DNA from: Patescibacteria group bacterium
GTDB taxonomy: Bacteria; Patescibacteriota; Patescibacteriia; 2-01-FULL-39-33
Length of the DNA: 32,000 nt
Direction of reading: 5' to 3'
NCBI GenBank assembly: GCA_041649575.1
Contig: JBAZMW010000004.1
Span: forward strand, 90,001 to 122,000
Below the pieces are notes generated by a model, which saw nothing but the letters and a program-made list of their open reading frames with translations, was not told where the DNA came from and did not search any database. Each line of letters opens with the position of its first letter. Position 1 is the stretch's first letter. The position numbers and the translations under genes are program-made. Below are positions 17,101 to 28,179 of the stretch, piece by piece.

Positions 17101-18344
17101 TAGAGCAACTTTTTTTGAACAGTTTTTACGGCAGCGGTCTTGATGGCTATTTGGCCGTAGATACCGTCGTAGCCGGGAGTGATTTCGACTCGGCCGAGTC
17201 GGACGCTGATAATTCTTTCGGCGATCTCCGGCCGGGCGATTTTTTTTAACTGCTCTTCGGTTAAGTCGATCAGAATTTCGAATTCACAATATTTTTTGAT
17301 CAGATTAAAATATTCGGTTTGGACTTTTTTTGAATTTTTGCCAACCCCGAAGCTGTCGGCGATAATTTCTTGTAACGGTATTAGACTTTTGTAGGGAATA
17401 TTTTTGGGAGAGTCGCTGTTTTTTTGATCGGCCAGCTCGTTAACTCGGTGAAGCACCCCTAAGGTCAGGGGTTTTTTACAAAGAGGACAGAGGTTGTTAT
17501 TTTTTTTGCTTACTGCCGGGCTGGAGAGGTAGCGGCAAGCGGCGTGGCCGTCGAAATGATATTTGCCTTCTTCGGGAAAAAATTCAATAGTGTAGAGGAA
17601 TTTGTTTTTATCTTTCTCTTTGATGAGGCGGCTAATTTCCTGGTAGCTCAATTGGCCGTCAGTTATTTCAAACACATTGGCCTCGCGGCCAAGATTGGCT
17701 GGCGAATGGGCATCGGAATTGGAGAGCAAGGTAATTCTATCCAGGGCCGATAATTGCCAATTCATTTTTGGATCGGAAGACAAGCCGGTTTCAATGGCGT
17801 GGATATAAGGAGTGATTTCTTCGAAGCATTCAGCCAGAGAATCAAAACCAGACTTGGAACCAAAAACAGCAAACCAAGGAGTCCAGGCATGAGCGGGAAC
17901 AACCAAACTCTGTTGGTTGATGTTTAAAATAATTTTAGCCAGCTCTTTGGCCGACAGGCCAATAATCGGCCGGCCGTCGGATTTAATATTAAAGCCCCGT
18001 TTTTCAAAGTCGGCAATAATTTTTTCAACGGTCGTGATATCGGGAACCAAAAGGCAGACATGGATTCTTCTGGTTTTGCCGCCCTGCGAGTAGATACAGC
18101 TGATTTCCGTACCCAAGACAAATCTGACAAGACTGTCGCTGTCTTTTAGACGATAAAGCCCCGGCTCGGCTTCGATCAGTTTGTCTTTTATTTCTTTGAA
18201 CCACTTGGGATGAGTGAAATCTCCGGTGCTGACAATCTTTATGCCCTTATATTGGCACCAAGAGTCAATATTTTCCAAGGTCAAGTCACGCGAGCAACCT
18301 CGGGAATAGGCGGAATGGATATGTAAGTCGGCAATGACGCGCAT
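17100..18344 (-). CDS. Endonuclease Q-like PHP-domain protein
   Basis: MRVIADLHIHSAYSRGCSRDLTLENIDSWCQYKGIKIVSTGDFTHPKW...VVPAHAWTPWFAVFGSKSGFDSLAECFEE...ETGLSSDPKMNW...SNSDAHSP; C-terminal CPLCKKPLTLGVLHRV zinc motif. Confidence 0.88.
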   Translation of the reverse strand: MRVIADLHIHSAYSRGCSRDLTLENIDSWCQYKGIKIVSTGDFTHPKWFKEIKDKLIEAEPGLYRLKDSDSLVRFVLGTEISCIYSQGGKTRRIHVCLLVPDITTVEKIIADFEKRGFNIKSDGRPIIGLSAKELAKIILNINQQSLVVPAHAWTPWFAVFGSKSGFDSLAECFEEITPYIHAIETGLSSDPKMNWQLSALDRITLLSNSDAHSPANLGREANVFEITDGQLSYQEISRLIKEKDKNKFLYTIEFFPEEGKYHFDGHAACRYLSSPAVSKKNNNLCPLCKKPLTLGVLHRVNELADQKNSDSPKNIPYKSLIPLQEIIADSFGVGKNSKKVQTEYFNLIKKYCEFEILIDLTEEQLKKIARPEIAERIISVRLGRVEITPGYDGIYGQIAIKTAAVKTVQKKLL

Positions 18345-18415
18345 AGGGCTAATAGCTTATTGCTTATGGTTTAATAATGAATGAATTGATTTTAGCATCG
18401 GGAGTTTTTTTTGGC

Positions 18416-18810
18416 AAAAAGAAAGCGCCACATGTTACAAACAGAGGTGACGCGGTTTGGAGAGTGTCAAGAGTATTTAGCCTTATGAGGACTAATCAAG
18501 GGGCGACCCTGGGTTAGTTTCTCACATCTTCAGATGACTAAAGAGCGGTCATCTTACTCGTGAAGCTGCTGCGGGAGCTTTGTCGGGGAGAGGTCCCAAC
18601 TCAATTTGTAACTCCCGTGAAACGGTCGCACTCGTTCCGATTAACAGCCTCCGCGACACCGTTTTTGGTCTATCATGCGCGTATTTCCCAAAAACCGGTT
18701 TGGGCTCTGCCAGCTTCAGAAGAATCGGGCGCTCCTCTCTTGTCCGTGATCCTTCTTATACCATTACGGGGGGCATCGATTTTTCTTTTCTCGTCTCTCG
18801 AAACTCTCCT
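18416..18810 (-). ncRNA. Candidate structured non-coding RNA, about 395 nt
   Basis: Promoter immediately upstream; 5' terminal GGAGAGT (18809-18803) pairs with ACTCTCC (18465-18459) near the 3' end; internal stems including ACGGTgTCGC/GCGACCGT and GATGAC/GTCATC; 3' GC stem then CTTTCTTTTT. Confidence 0.55.
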
Positions 18811-18816
18811 ATCACT

Positions 18817-18845
18817 AGTATAGACTCATTAGGCAGAAAAGTCAA
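18817..18845 (-). promoter_or_regulatory. Sigma70-type promoter for the candidate ncRNA
   Basis: Minus strand TTGACT - 17 nt - TATACT; the predicted +1 at about 18810 directly precedes the pairing stem. Confidence 0.7.
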
Positions 18846-18955
18846 TGTTATTTTTTTGGCAAAAAAAAGAAGGCGGCTTCACCACAATTGTGATGACTCC
18901 ACCAACTAAGTCGGATCGGCCGACGGACAACTCGGGTTCAGCAGGTCACAGTCGT

Positions 18956-19090
18956 CTACACGACGATACCAGCTCTGCCACCCTGCACCTGGATAACGGT
19001 CAGACCATAGAGGCAGAAGAAATAGAAGCCAGCTTGATCTAGCTGGCAATCCTCTCGGCCGCATTTCTTACACTTACACTTCTGCTCCAT
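18956..19090 (-). CDS. Cys-rich 44-aa micro-ORF
   Basis: MEQKCKCKKCGREDCQLDQAGFYFFCLYGLTVIQVQGGRAGIVV; preceded by AAGGAGAAAGGGT. Not listed in the supplied track. Confidence 0.35.
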   Translation of the reverse strand: MEQKCKCKKCGREDCQLDQAGFYFFCLYGLTVIQVQGGRAGIVV

Positions 19091-19106
19091 ACCCTTTCTC
19101 CTTCAG

Positions 19107-19319
19107 TTAGGCCCGCACATCAAGCAGCCGGCCGGAGTGATTTCCCGTAGAGATCAGTCGTGGCGATCTCGGAGCCGGGCTTCTGTTGATAGACTTCAGG
19201 TAACAAGAATGACACAATAGCCCTCTCCGGTCGAAGATCACCTTGGTTTGTCCGCAGTGACTACAAGGGGCGACTAGCGGCCTTGATTCGGCACATGAAA
19301 TACTGACACGAGAGATCAT
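19107..19319 (-). CDS. Small zinc-ribbon-like protein, 70 aa
   Basis: MISRVSISCAESRPLVAPCSHCGQTKVIFDRRGLLCHSCYLKS... (CxxC...CxxC); strong SD GGAGGGAAGGGTC before ATG at 19319; supplied ORF extends further upstream to 19412. Confidence 0.55.
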   Translation of the reverse strand: MISRVSISCAESRPLVAPCSHCGQTKVIFDRRGLLCHSCYLKSINRSPAPRSPRLISTGNHSGRLLDVRA

Positions 19320-19397
19320 GACCCTTCCCTCCTGACGCTCAAAAATGTTCAAGCTAGTATTATAAATAGCACAATTATTTATGGTTGTAAAGATAAA

Positions 19398-19430
19398 TAA
19401 AAATCCCGCCAAAAGGCGGGACTAGTTTTT
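19398..19430 (-). terminator. Terminator of the 23S-5S unit
   Basis: Minus strand CCCGCC-tttt-GGCGGG followed by ATTTTTATTT. Confidence 0.85.
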
Positions 19431-19433
19431 AAA

Positions 19434-19558
19434 TCCAGGGTCCGGGCGCTGACCTACTTTCCCCATTGAAGAGTATCATCGGCTCAGGAGGGCTTAACTA
19501 CTGAGTTCGGGATGGGATCAGGTGTGACCCCTCTGATAGAAGCACCCAGACTCTGGAT
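19434..19558 (-). rRNA. 5S ribosomal RNA
   Basis: Contains CACACCTGATCCCATCCCGAACTCAGTAGTTAAGCC and terminal stem TCCAGAGTCTGGGTG.../...GCGCCCGGACCCTGGA. Confidence 0.93.
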
Positions 19559-19611
19559 TCAAAAATTTTTTGATAAGCAATAATCGTAATCACAATTCTT
19601 GCGATTAAACA

Positions 19612-22720
<3,109 letters not shown>

Positions 22721-22902
22721 TGTTTAATCACAAGAATTTCAATTACGATTGGAATTCTTGCTCGACTAATTGCTTATCTTTCTACTTCTTTTTTGAGAAT
22801 AATTGAGAATATTTAATTGTCAAAGTTCTCTTTTTCATCTTTTTTTCCTTTTAGCGTCCAGAGTGAGGACAACAAATCTTTTTATTGGCCGGCTTTGGGC
22901 GT

Positions 22903-22929
22903 TAAAAAAACCGCCTTGCTCCAAGCGGT
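22903..22929 (-). terminator. Intrinsic-terminator-like hairpin in the 23S leader
   Basis: Minus strand ACCGC-ttggagcaag-GCGGT followed by TTTTTTT, between the promoter and the 23S 5' end. Confidence 0.6.
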
Positions 22930-23092
22930 GTTTCTAGCAGCGCAAAAAATGCCCGTTAGCTTGGAGAATGATTAGTGAAATAGTTGATGACTCTCATAAA
23001 GCGATGTTAACTAGTTTAAACTAATTGTTGTTTTTTGTCCAGGCTTTATTTTTTGAATAAGCTGTGGATAATCTATAATTGTTATTACTTTA

Positions 23093-23121
23093 ATTATATA
23101 GTTTTCTTAATTATTTGTCAA
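23093..23121 (-). promoter_or_regulatory. Consensus sigma70 promoter of the 23S-5S unit
   Basis: Minus strand TTGACA (23121-23116) - 17 nt - TATAAT (23098-23093), exact consensus hexamers. Confidence 0.88.
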
Positions 23122-24326
23122 TATTGGGGTGGTTTTTTTTGCTCATTTGCCAGGTGTTTTTTAGTAAAATAGCTAAATTTACCCAATTTTATATAATCAT
23201 CTACTTTTTTGTTAATCAATTTGTCTAAAACGTGAAAACGGCGTTTTTTTTCGATAAATGGCACATTGTCGGTGAACTTTTTGGCAGCCATGGTGCCAAT
23301 TCGAGGTGAATAACAAGCGATATAGGCTAGATTAAAACCCACCTTCTTATATAAGTCGACGGTTCGACCAAATTGTTTCACAGTTTCGCCAGGAAAACCC
23401 ACAATAATATCGGTGGTAAAACTAGCATCGGGCACTTGTTTTTTTATTTTTTTTATTAACTTTAAATATTCTTCCCTAGTATAGAGGCGGTTCATCTTTT
23501 TCAAAATGGTATTGTCACCAGCTTGGACCGGCAAATGGATTTCACGGTTGATTTGAGGATGGCTGGCAATCACTTTAATCAGTTGGTCGGAAAAATCCCA
23601 AGGGTTGGCAGAAATAAAGGATATTTTTTTGAATTTTTTTATTTTGGCGATTTCTTCCAGAAGATAGGGAAACAAGGTCGGAATTCTAGTTTTACCTAAA
23701 CTTTTTACTAAGATCGGCTCAACTTTTTTACCATCGGGCAATTTGAATTTTTTGTTTTTAACGACTAAGTCTGCGCCGTAGGAATTTACATTTTGTCCGA
23801 TGAGCGTGATTTCGCTGTAGCCACGTCGTGCCAGATTCTTGGCTTCTTTAATTATATCAATAAAGGATCGGGAAATTTCTCGGCCGCGCGCCAAGGGTAC
23901 AATGCAATAAGAGCAGGCGTTATTACAACCGTTGCCGATAGAAACAAAAGCATGTCTTTTGTCTGATCTGGTTGGCGACAGTGAGAAAAATTTTTCTATC
24001 GGTACGCATTCACAATCAGCGGAGATTTTTTTTAATTTTCCTCTTCTGACGCCCGATGGCTCGCGGCTAGCTGCGCCGACTAAACAACCAGTAATTATTA
24101 TTTTTAACTGGGGATTTTTTTTCTGAAGCTGTTTTAATTTTTTAATTAAGCCATAGGCGCGATTCTCGGCCGCTTCGCGGACAACACAAGTGTTAATAAT
24201 AGCCACAGTAGCTGTGGCTGGGTTGTTGGTTGGTCGGTAGCCGAGTTTTTGGTAGCGGCTGACAATTTTTTCCGAGTCGGCGACATTGCCTTGGCAACCG
24301 AAAGTTTTGAGGTAGAAAGTTTTCAT
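23118..24326 (-). CDS. miaB: tRNA-2-methylthio-N6-dimethylallyladenosine synthase (MiaB-type radical SAM methylthiotransferase)
   Basis: MKTFYLKTFGCQGNVADSEKI...NTCVVREAAENRAYGLI...FVSIGNGCNNACSYCIVPLARGREISR...LPVQAGDNTILKKMNRLYTREEY. Start moved to the ATG at 24326; the supplied ORF reads into the tRNA. Confidence 0.93.
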   Translation of the reverse strand: MKTFYLKTFGCQGNVADSEKIVSRYQKLGYRPTNNPATATVAIINTCVVREAAENRAYGLIKKLKQLQKKNPQLKIIITGCLVGAASREPSGVRRGKLKKISADCECVPIEKFFSLSPTRSDKRHAFVSIGNGCNNACSYCIVPLARGREISRSFIDIIKEAKNLARRGYSEITLIGQNVNSYGADLVVKNKKFKLPDGKKVEPILVKSLGKTRIPTLFPYLLEEIAKIKKFKKISFISANPWDFSDQLIKVIASHPQINREIHLPVQAGDNTILKKMNRLYTREEYLKLIKKIKKQVPDASFTTDIIVGFPGETVKQFGRTVDLYKKVGFNLAYIACYSPRIGTMAAKKFTDNVPFIEKKRRFHVLDKLINKKVDDYIKLGKFSYFTKKHLANEQKKPPQY

Positions 24327-24328
24327 GG

Positions 24329-24412
24329 TGCCTTGGGAGGGACTCGAACCCTCAATCCCTTGCGGGAACATGCTCCTAAGGCATGCGCGTATACCAATTC
24401 CGCCACCAAGGC
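24329..24412 (-). tRNA. tRNA-Leu(TAG)
   Basis: GCCTTGGTGGCGGAATTGGTATACGCGCATGCCTTAGGAGCATG...GAGGGTTCGAGTCCCTCCCAAGGCA; anticodon TAG. Confidence 0.94.
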
Positions 24413-24460
24413 ATATTGCTAATCAAAATGATTTTGCCGTCTATATTTTTTAACCGTTAA

Positions 24461-24515
24461 GTATACCAATTCTCCGCCTCGGCTTCGCCTTCGGCGAGAC
24501 GAGCGCCACCAAGGC
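24461..24515 (-). pseudogene. Split 5' fragment of tRNA-Leu(TAG)
   Basis: GTATACCAATTC (24461-24472) and CGCCACCAAGGC (24504-24515) are contiguous in the intact tRNA; here they flank a 31-bp insert. Confidence 0.9.
24473..24503. repeat. 31-bp GC-rich insert in the tRNA-Leu fragment
   Basis: TCCGCCTCGGCTTCGCCTTCGGCGAGACGAG; shares TCCGCCTCGGCT, TTCGCC and GGCGAGAC with the 12200-12240 insert. Confidence 0.88.
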
Positions 24516-24607
24516 CTAAAACTATCTTTAAGATAATTAAAAAGCGCTATTTTGTCAATAAAAAAATAATGATATAATAAATAAAAAATAATTAACAAAA
24601 ATAAAAA

Positions 24608-27178
24608 ATGAACAGGAGGATTTTTTTATTTGTCTCTGTGATTCTGACAGGGATTTTTTTGTCGGGAAATATCTCTGCGGTTCTGGCACAAGACATCATA
24701 CCGGTAAACAGCGGCGATTTATCTGTGTTTACCGATTGGGCTTGTACCAATTGCGGGCAAGGGTCGCCATCGGGAAACAAGTATATAATTATGACAGCCA
24801 GCAGCTCCGTCCTGATTTCGCCGATAGTTGATTTGAGCGCCTATACTAATCAGAAATTGGATTTTAAAGCGCGGACATATGGCGGTGTCAGCACCAGCAG
24901 CCCGGAAGTAACCATAAAAATTTCCACGGACAGCGGGGTTAATTGGAATTTATTGGCCGGCGCTTTGGCGACCACCACTAATTTGACGGCGCAACCGACC
25001 ATTGATTTGTCCGCTTATAACAGTTTCGCGAAGATAAAATTTGAGTCCTTGGGAGCGACCGGTTCCCAAGGAGTCGGCCTGGATGATATTGCCCTCACCG
25101 GGCTGTCAATAAACAATCCGCCCGTGGCGCTAATAAGCATGAGCACAACGACCGCGGAAGTAAATCAAATAATAAATTTCGACGCCAGCGCTTCGGCCGA
25201 CGACGGCACTATCGTTGGCTATGATTGGGACTTGGGCAATGGCGCGACAAGCAGTGGCTCACTAATTGCTTATGCCTATCCGGCGGCGGGAAATTTCACA
25301 GTCAACTTAACCGTGACCGATGACGGCGGACTGGCTAATACTACCAGCACGGTAATTACCATTAATGATTTAACCGCGACCTCCACACCAGCAGAAATAA
25401 AAATTGGTGACGTGGTGATAAACGAATTTTTATCTTATGCGGAAACCGGCGACAAAGAGTGGGTGGAGTTTTACAACAACAGCACCTCGACCATTGATTT
25501 AAACGGCTGGACTCTAAGCGACAATTCTTCGACCACCACGATTTCTGGAATTATCGAGGCTACCGGCACGGCGCGATTTTTGGTTTGGGAATTTAGTAGC
25601 GGCAAGCTAAACAATGCCGGCGATATTATCACCATAAAAGACGGGACGGGAAAAATAATCGATCGGGTGGCCTATGGCGATTTCGATGATGGCGATAAAG
25701 ACGACAACGCTCCGGAGGCGGGAAAAAATTATACTACCGCCAGAAAAGTTGACGGCTTGAACTCTGGCAGTAATAAAAGTGATTTTTTAGAAACTATTAC
25801 CCCGACCAAAGGATTACCAAACATTATTACACCAAAACCCGCTCCCCCCTCTTCGGGTGGCGGTGGCGGAGGCAGCGCCGCACCCAGTCGTCAGCCAAAA
25901 GAGCAGCCCAAAGTAGCCACGACCACGGAAAAGATAGTTGTTAATTTTTCGGGAAAGATTATCATCAATGAGCTACTGCCCAATCCCGACGGCGATGATG
26001 AGGAAGGAGAATTTATTGAACTCAAAAATCTAGACGACAGGGAAATTAATCTGGCTGGTTGGCAACTAGCCGACAACAGTAATAAAAAATACACACTCGC
26101 CTCTTCAACTATAACAGTAGGAGGATTTTTGGTGGTAAAAAGGATTGATTCGCAAATCGCCTTAAATAATTCCGGCGTGGAAGCGGCTAATTTGTATTCA
26201 CCAGACGGCAAGCTGGTCGACCGTGTAGAATATATTGGCCCGGCTAAAGACGATTGTTCTTACAGTCGTAATAAAGATGGCAAGTGGCAGTGGAGCGTTA
26301 AGCTGACTCCGGGAGAAGAAAATATTTCCGAAAGCGAAGAGACGGCTCTAACCGCGACTGGTGCAGAAGAAGAAGCTGACAACGAGCCGACAGCGGCCAA
26401 AAAAACCAGCGCTACAAAAGCGAAAGACTCCAGCGGTGGCGCTAAAACTACAAAAGTAGCAACCAGTTATTATGTCGGCGAAGTGGCTTTGGAAAAAATT
26501 CGGGAGCTGGAATTGGGAGCTAAAATTAAAGTCAAAGGCGTGGTAGCGGTGGAGCCCGGTGTTTTGGGCAGCCAAATTTTTTATCTGGCTGGTTCCGGGA
26601 TACAGGTTTATTGTTATAAAAAAGATTTTCCAAATTTAAAACCCGGAGACTACATCGAGGTTAGCGGTGAATTGTCGGAAAGCGGCGGCGAGAGAAGAAT
26701 AAAAATAACTCAAAAAAGCGATATTAGTATTTTGGCCGGCGGCAAAAATCTAGAGCCGGAGAAAGTAGCCACGGCCGATGTTGGCGAGGATTTGGAGGGG
26801 TCGCTAGTGACGGTGGAGGGAGAAATAATTGAAATAAAAGGTAGCAACCTATATTTGGATGACGGTTCGGGAGAAACCAAGGTTTATATTAAGAGTTCAA
26901 CGGGAATTGTTTTGAAAACTTTGGGTTTGCAGGAAGGAGAAAAGGTTAAAGTTACTGGCATTATTTCCCAAACCAGTGGTGGTTATCGGCTGCTGCCTCG
27001 TTATCAGAAAGATTTGGAAAAAATAGGAGAGGTCAAAGGAGCGACAGAAGCCGCGCCGCCAGTTAGCGTCCAAAAAAGTTCAGTCTGGCTGAAATATCTA
27101 GCGGCAATTATTGGATTTTTACTGGTGGTGATTGGCTGGCTGGTTAAAAAATACGTGTTGCCAAAAAAATCAAGCTGA
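24608..27178 (+). CDS. Surface protein with PKD domain, two lamin-tail domains and OB-fold-like region
   Basis: 856 aa; signal peptide; ASADDGTIVGYDWDLGNGATSSG..YAYPAAGNFTVNLTVTDDGG (PKD); VVINEFLSYAETGDKEWVEFYNNSTSTIDLNGW and KIIINELLPNPDGDDEEGEFIELKNLDDREINLAGWQLAD (LTD); C-terminal TM LAAIIGFLLVVIGWLVKKY. Confidence 0.85.
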   Translation: MNRRIFLFVSVILTGIFLSGNISAVLAQDIIPVNSGDLSVFTDWACTNCGQGSPSGNKYIIMTASSSVLISPIVDLSAYTNQKLDFKARTYGGVSTSSPEVTIKISTDSGVNWNLLAGALATTTNLTAQPTIDLSAYNSFAKIKFESLGATGSQGVGLDDIALTGLSINNPPVALISMSTTTAEVNQIINFDASASADDGTIVGYDWDLGNGATSSGSLIAYAYPAAGNFTVNLTVTDDGGLANTTSTVITINDLTATSTPAEIKIGDVVINEFLSYAETGDKEWVEFYNNSTSTIDLNGWTLSDNSSTTTISGIIEATGTARFLVWEFSSGKLNNAGDIITIKDGTGKIIDRVAYGDFDDGDKDDNAPEAGKNYTTARKVDGLNSGSNKSDFLETITPTKGLPNIITPKPAPPSSGGGGGGSAAPSRQPKEQPKVATTTEKIVVNFSGKIIINELLPNPDGDDEEGEFIELKNLDDREINLAGWQLADNSNKKYTLASSTITVGGFLVVKRIDSQIALNNSGVEAANLYSPDGKLVDRVEYIGPAKDDCSYSRNKDGKWQWSVKLTPGEENISESEETALTATGAEEEADNEPTAAKKTSATKAKDSSGGAKTTKVATSYYVGEVALEKIRELELGAKIKVKGVVAVEPGVLGSQIFYLAGSGIQVYCYKKDFPNLKPGDYIEVSGELSESGGERRIKITQKSDISILAGGKNLEPEKVATADVGEDLEGSLVTVEGEIIEIKGSNLYLDDGSGETKVYIKSSTGIVLKTLGLQEGEKVKVTGIISQTSGGYRLLPRYQKDLEKIGEVKGATEAAPPVSVQKSSVWLKYLAAIIGFLLVVIGWLVKKYVLPKKSS

Positions 27179-27207
27179 TTTTTGCCAGCTTTTTATTAAA
27201 AATAATA

Positions 27208-28167
27208 TTAACCGCGCCAAAGGAGAAAAACCAAATAAATTAAGTAGGCGCAGACCAGGCCAATGCCCTCATAGCGTTCAATGTGTCCTTTGCGCTTGCC
27301 GGTCAAGACGAAATAGAAAAGAACAAAGGTGGCAATGATTAAGACGGTGATGTCGATATTGAGCTGGGCGTTGAAAGCCAATGGCCGGATTAAGGCGCTG
27401 ACGCCTAAAATAAAAGAAGTATTAAAAATAATTGAGCCGATAATGTTGCCAACGGCAAAGTCGGCATTCTTTTTAAAAGCGGCAGTGGCTGAAGTGATAA
27501 TTTCTGGCAAGGTGCTGCCTATCGAAATAACAGTCAGGCCAATAAGCGCTTGACTTACGCCCAAGGATTTAGCCAGGCTGGTGGCGCTACCAACCACCCA
27601 ATTGCCGCCTATACACAATCCGACAATGCCGATAACAATGTAGGCCAAAGACAGCGGGAGGCGATGTTCTGTAAAATCGGAGTGCTCGTTTTTTTTGGCT
27701 TTGGCGATGCCAAGAGTGTAATAAATAAAAATCAAAAAAAAGCCTAATAGAATAATTCCGTCCCAACGGCTGATGGCCAGTGAGTCGCCGCTATTTAAGA
27801 GCAGGTTGTTGGCCAAAATAATTAAGATGGCGATGGCCAAAAGTCCCAGCGGAATTTCACGCCAAGTGGTATTGCTTTTGATTTTAATGGGATAGACAAT
27901 CGCTGCGATACCGCCGACCAAGAGGATGTTGGAGATATTGGCGCCAATGGCATTGCCAATAGCCAGGTCGGCTGAATTTTTGAAATTTGACAGGATGTTG
28001 ACGATTAATTCTGGTAGCGAGGTGCCAAAGGCGACAATAGTCAGCCCGATGGCTAAATTGGAGATTTTGAATTTTTTGGCTAGCGAAGAGGCGCCATCAA
28101 CCAAAAAACCGGCGCCTTTAATGAGAAAAATAAAACCTAAGATTAAAAGAGTGAGGTTGGCCAGCAT
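27208..28167 (-). CDS. Calcium/sodium antiporter (CaCA family)
   Basis: SNLAIGLTIVAFGTSLPELIVNILSN...DLAIGNAIGANISNILL and GVSQALIGLTVISIGSTLPEIITS...DFAVGNIIGSIIFNTSFILG are the duplicated alpha-repeats. Confidence 0.93.
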   Translation of the reverse strand: MLANLTLLILGFIFLIKGAGFLVDGASSLAKKFKISNLAIGLTIVAFGTSLPELIVNILSNFKNSADLAIGNAIGANISNILLVGGIAAIVYPIKIKSNTTWREIPLGLLAIAILIILANNLLLNSGDSLAISRWDGIILLGFFLIFIYYTLGIAKAKKNEHSDFTEHRLPLSLAYIVIGIVGLCIGGNWVVGSATSLAKSLGVSQALIGLTVISIGSTLPEIITSATAAFKKNADFAVGNIIGSIIFNTSFILGVSALIRPLAFNAQLNIDITVLIIATFVLFYFVLTGKRKGHIERYEGIGLVCAYLIYLVFLLWRG

Positions 28168-28179
28168 GGGATGACTATT

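Noticed and set aside
16937-17143. 68-aa ORF supplied in the track
   Set aside because: Alternative frame over the micropeptide and the hairpin, ending in the EndoQ gene 3' region; no SD for this frame.
18560-18909. Overlapping + strand ORFs across the candidate ncRNA
   Set aside because: Antisense to a region with promoter, closing stem and terminator; two frames overlap with no clear SD or recognisable protein.
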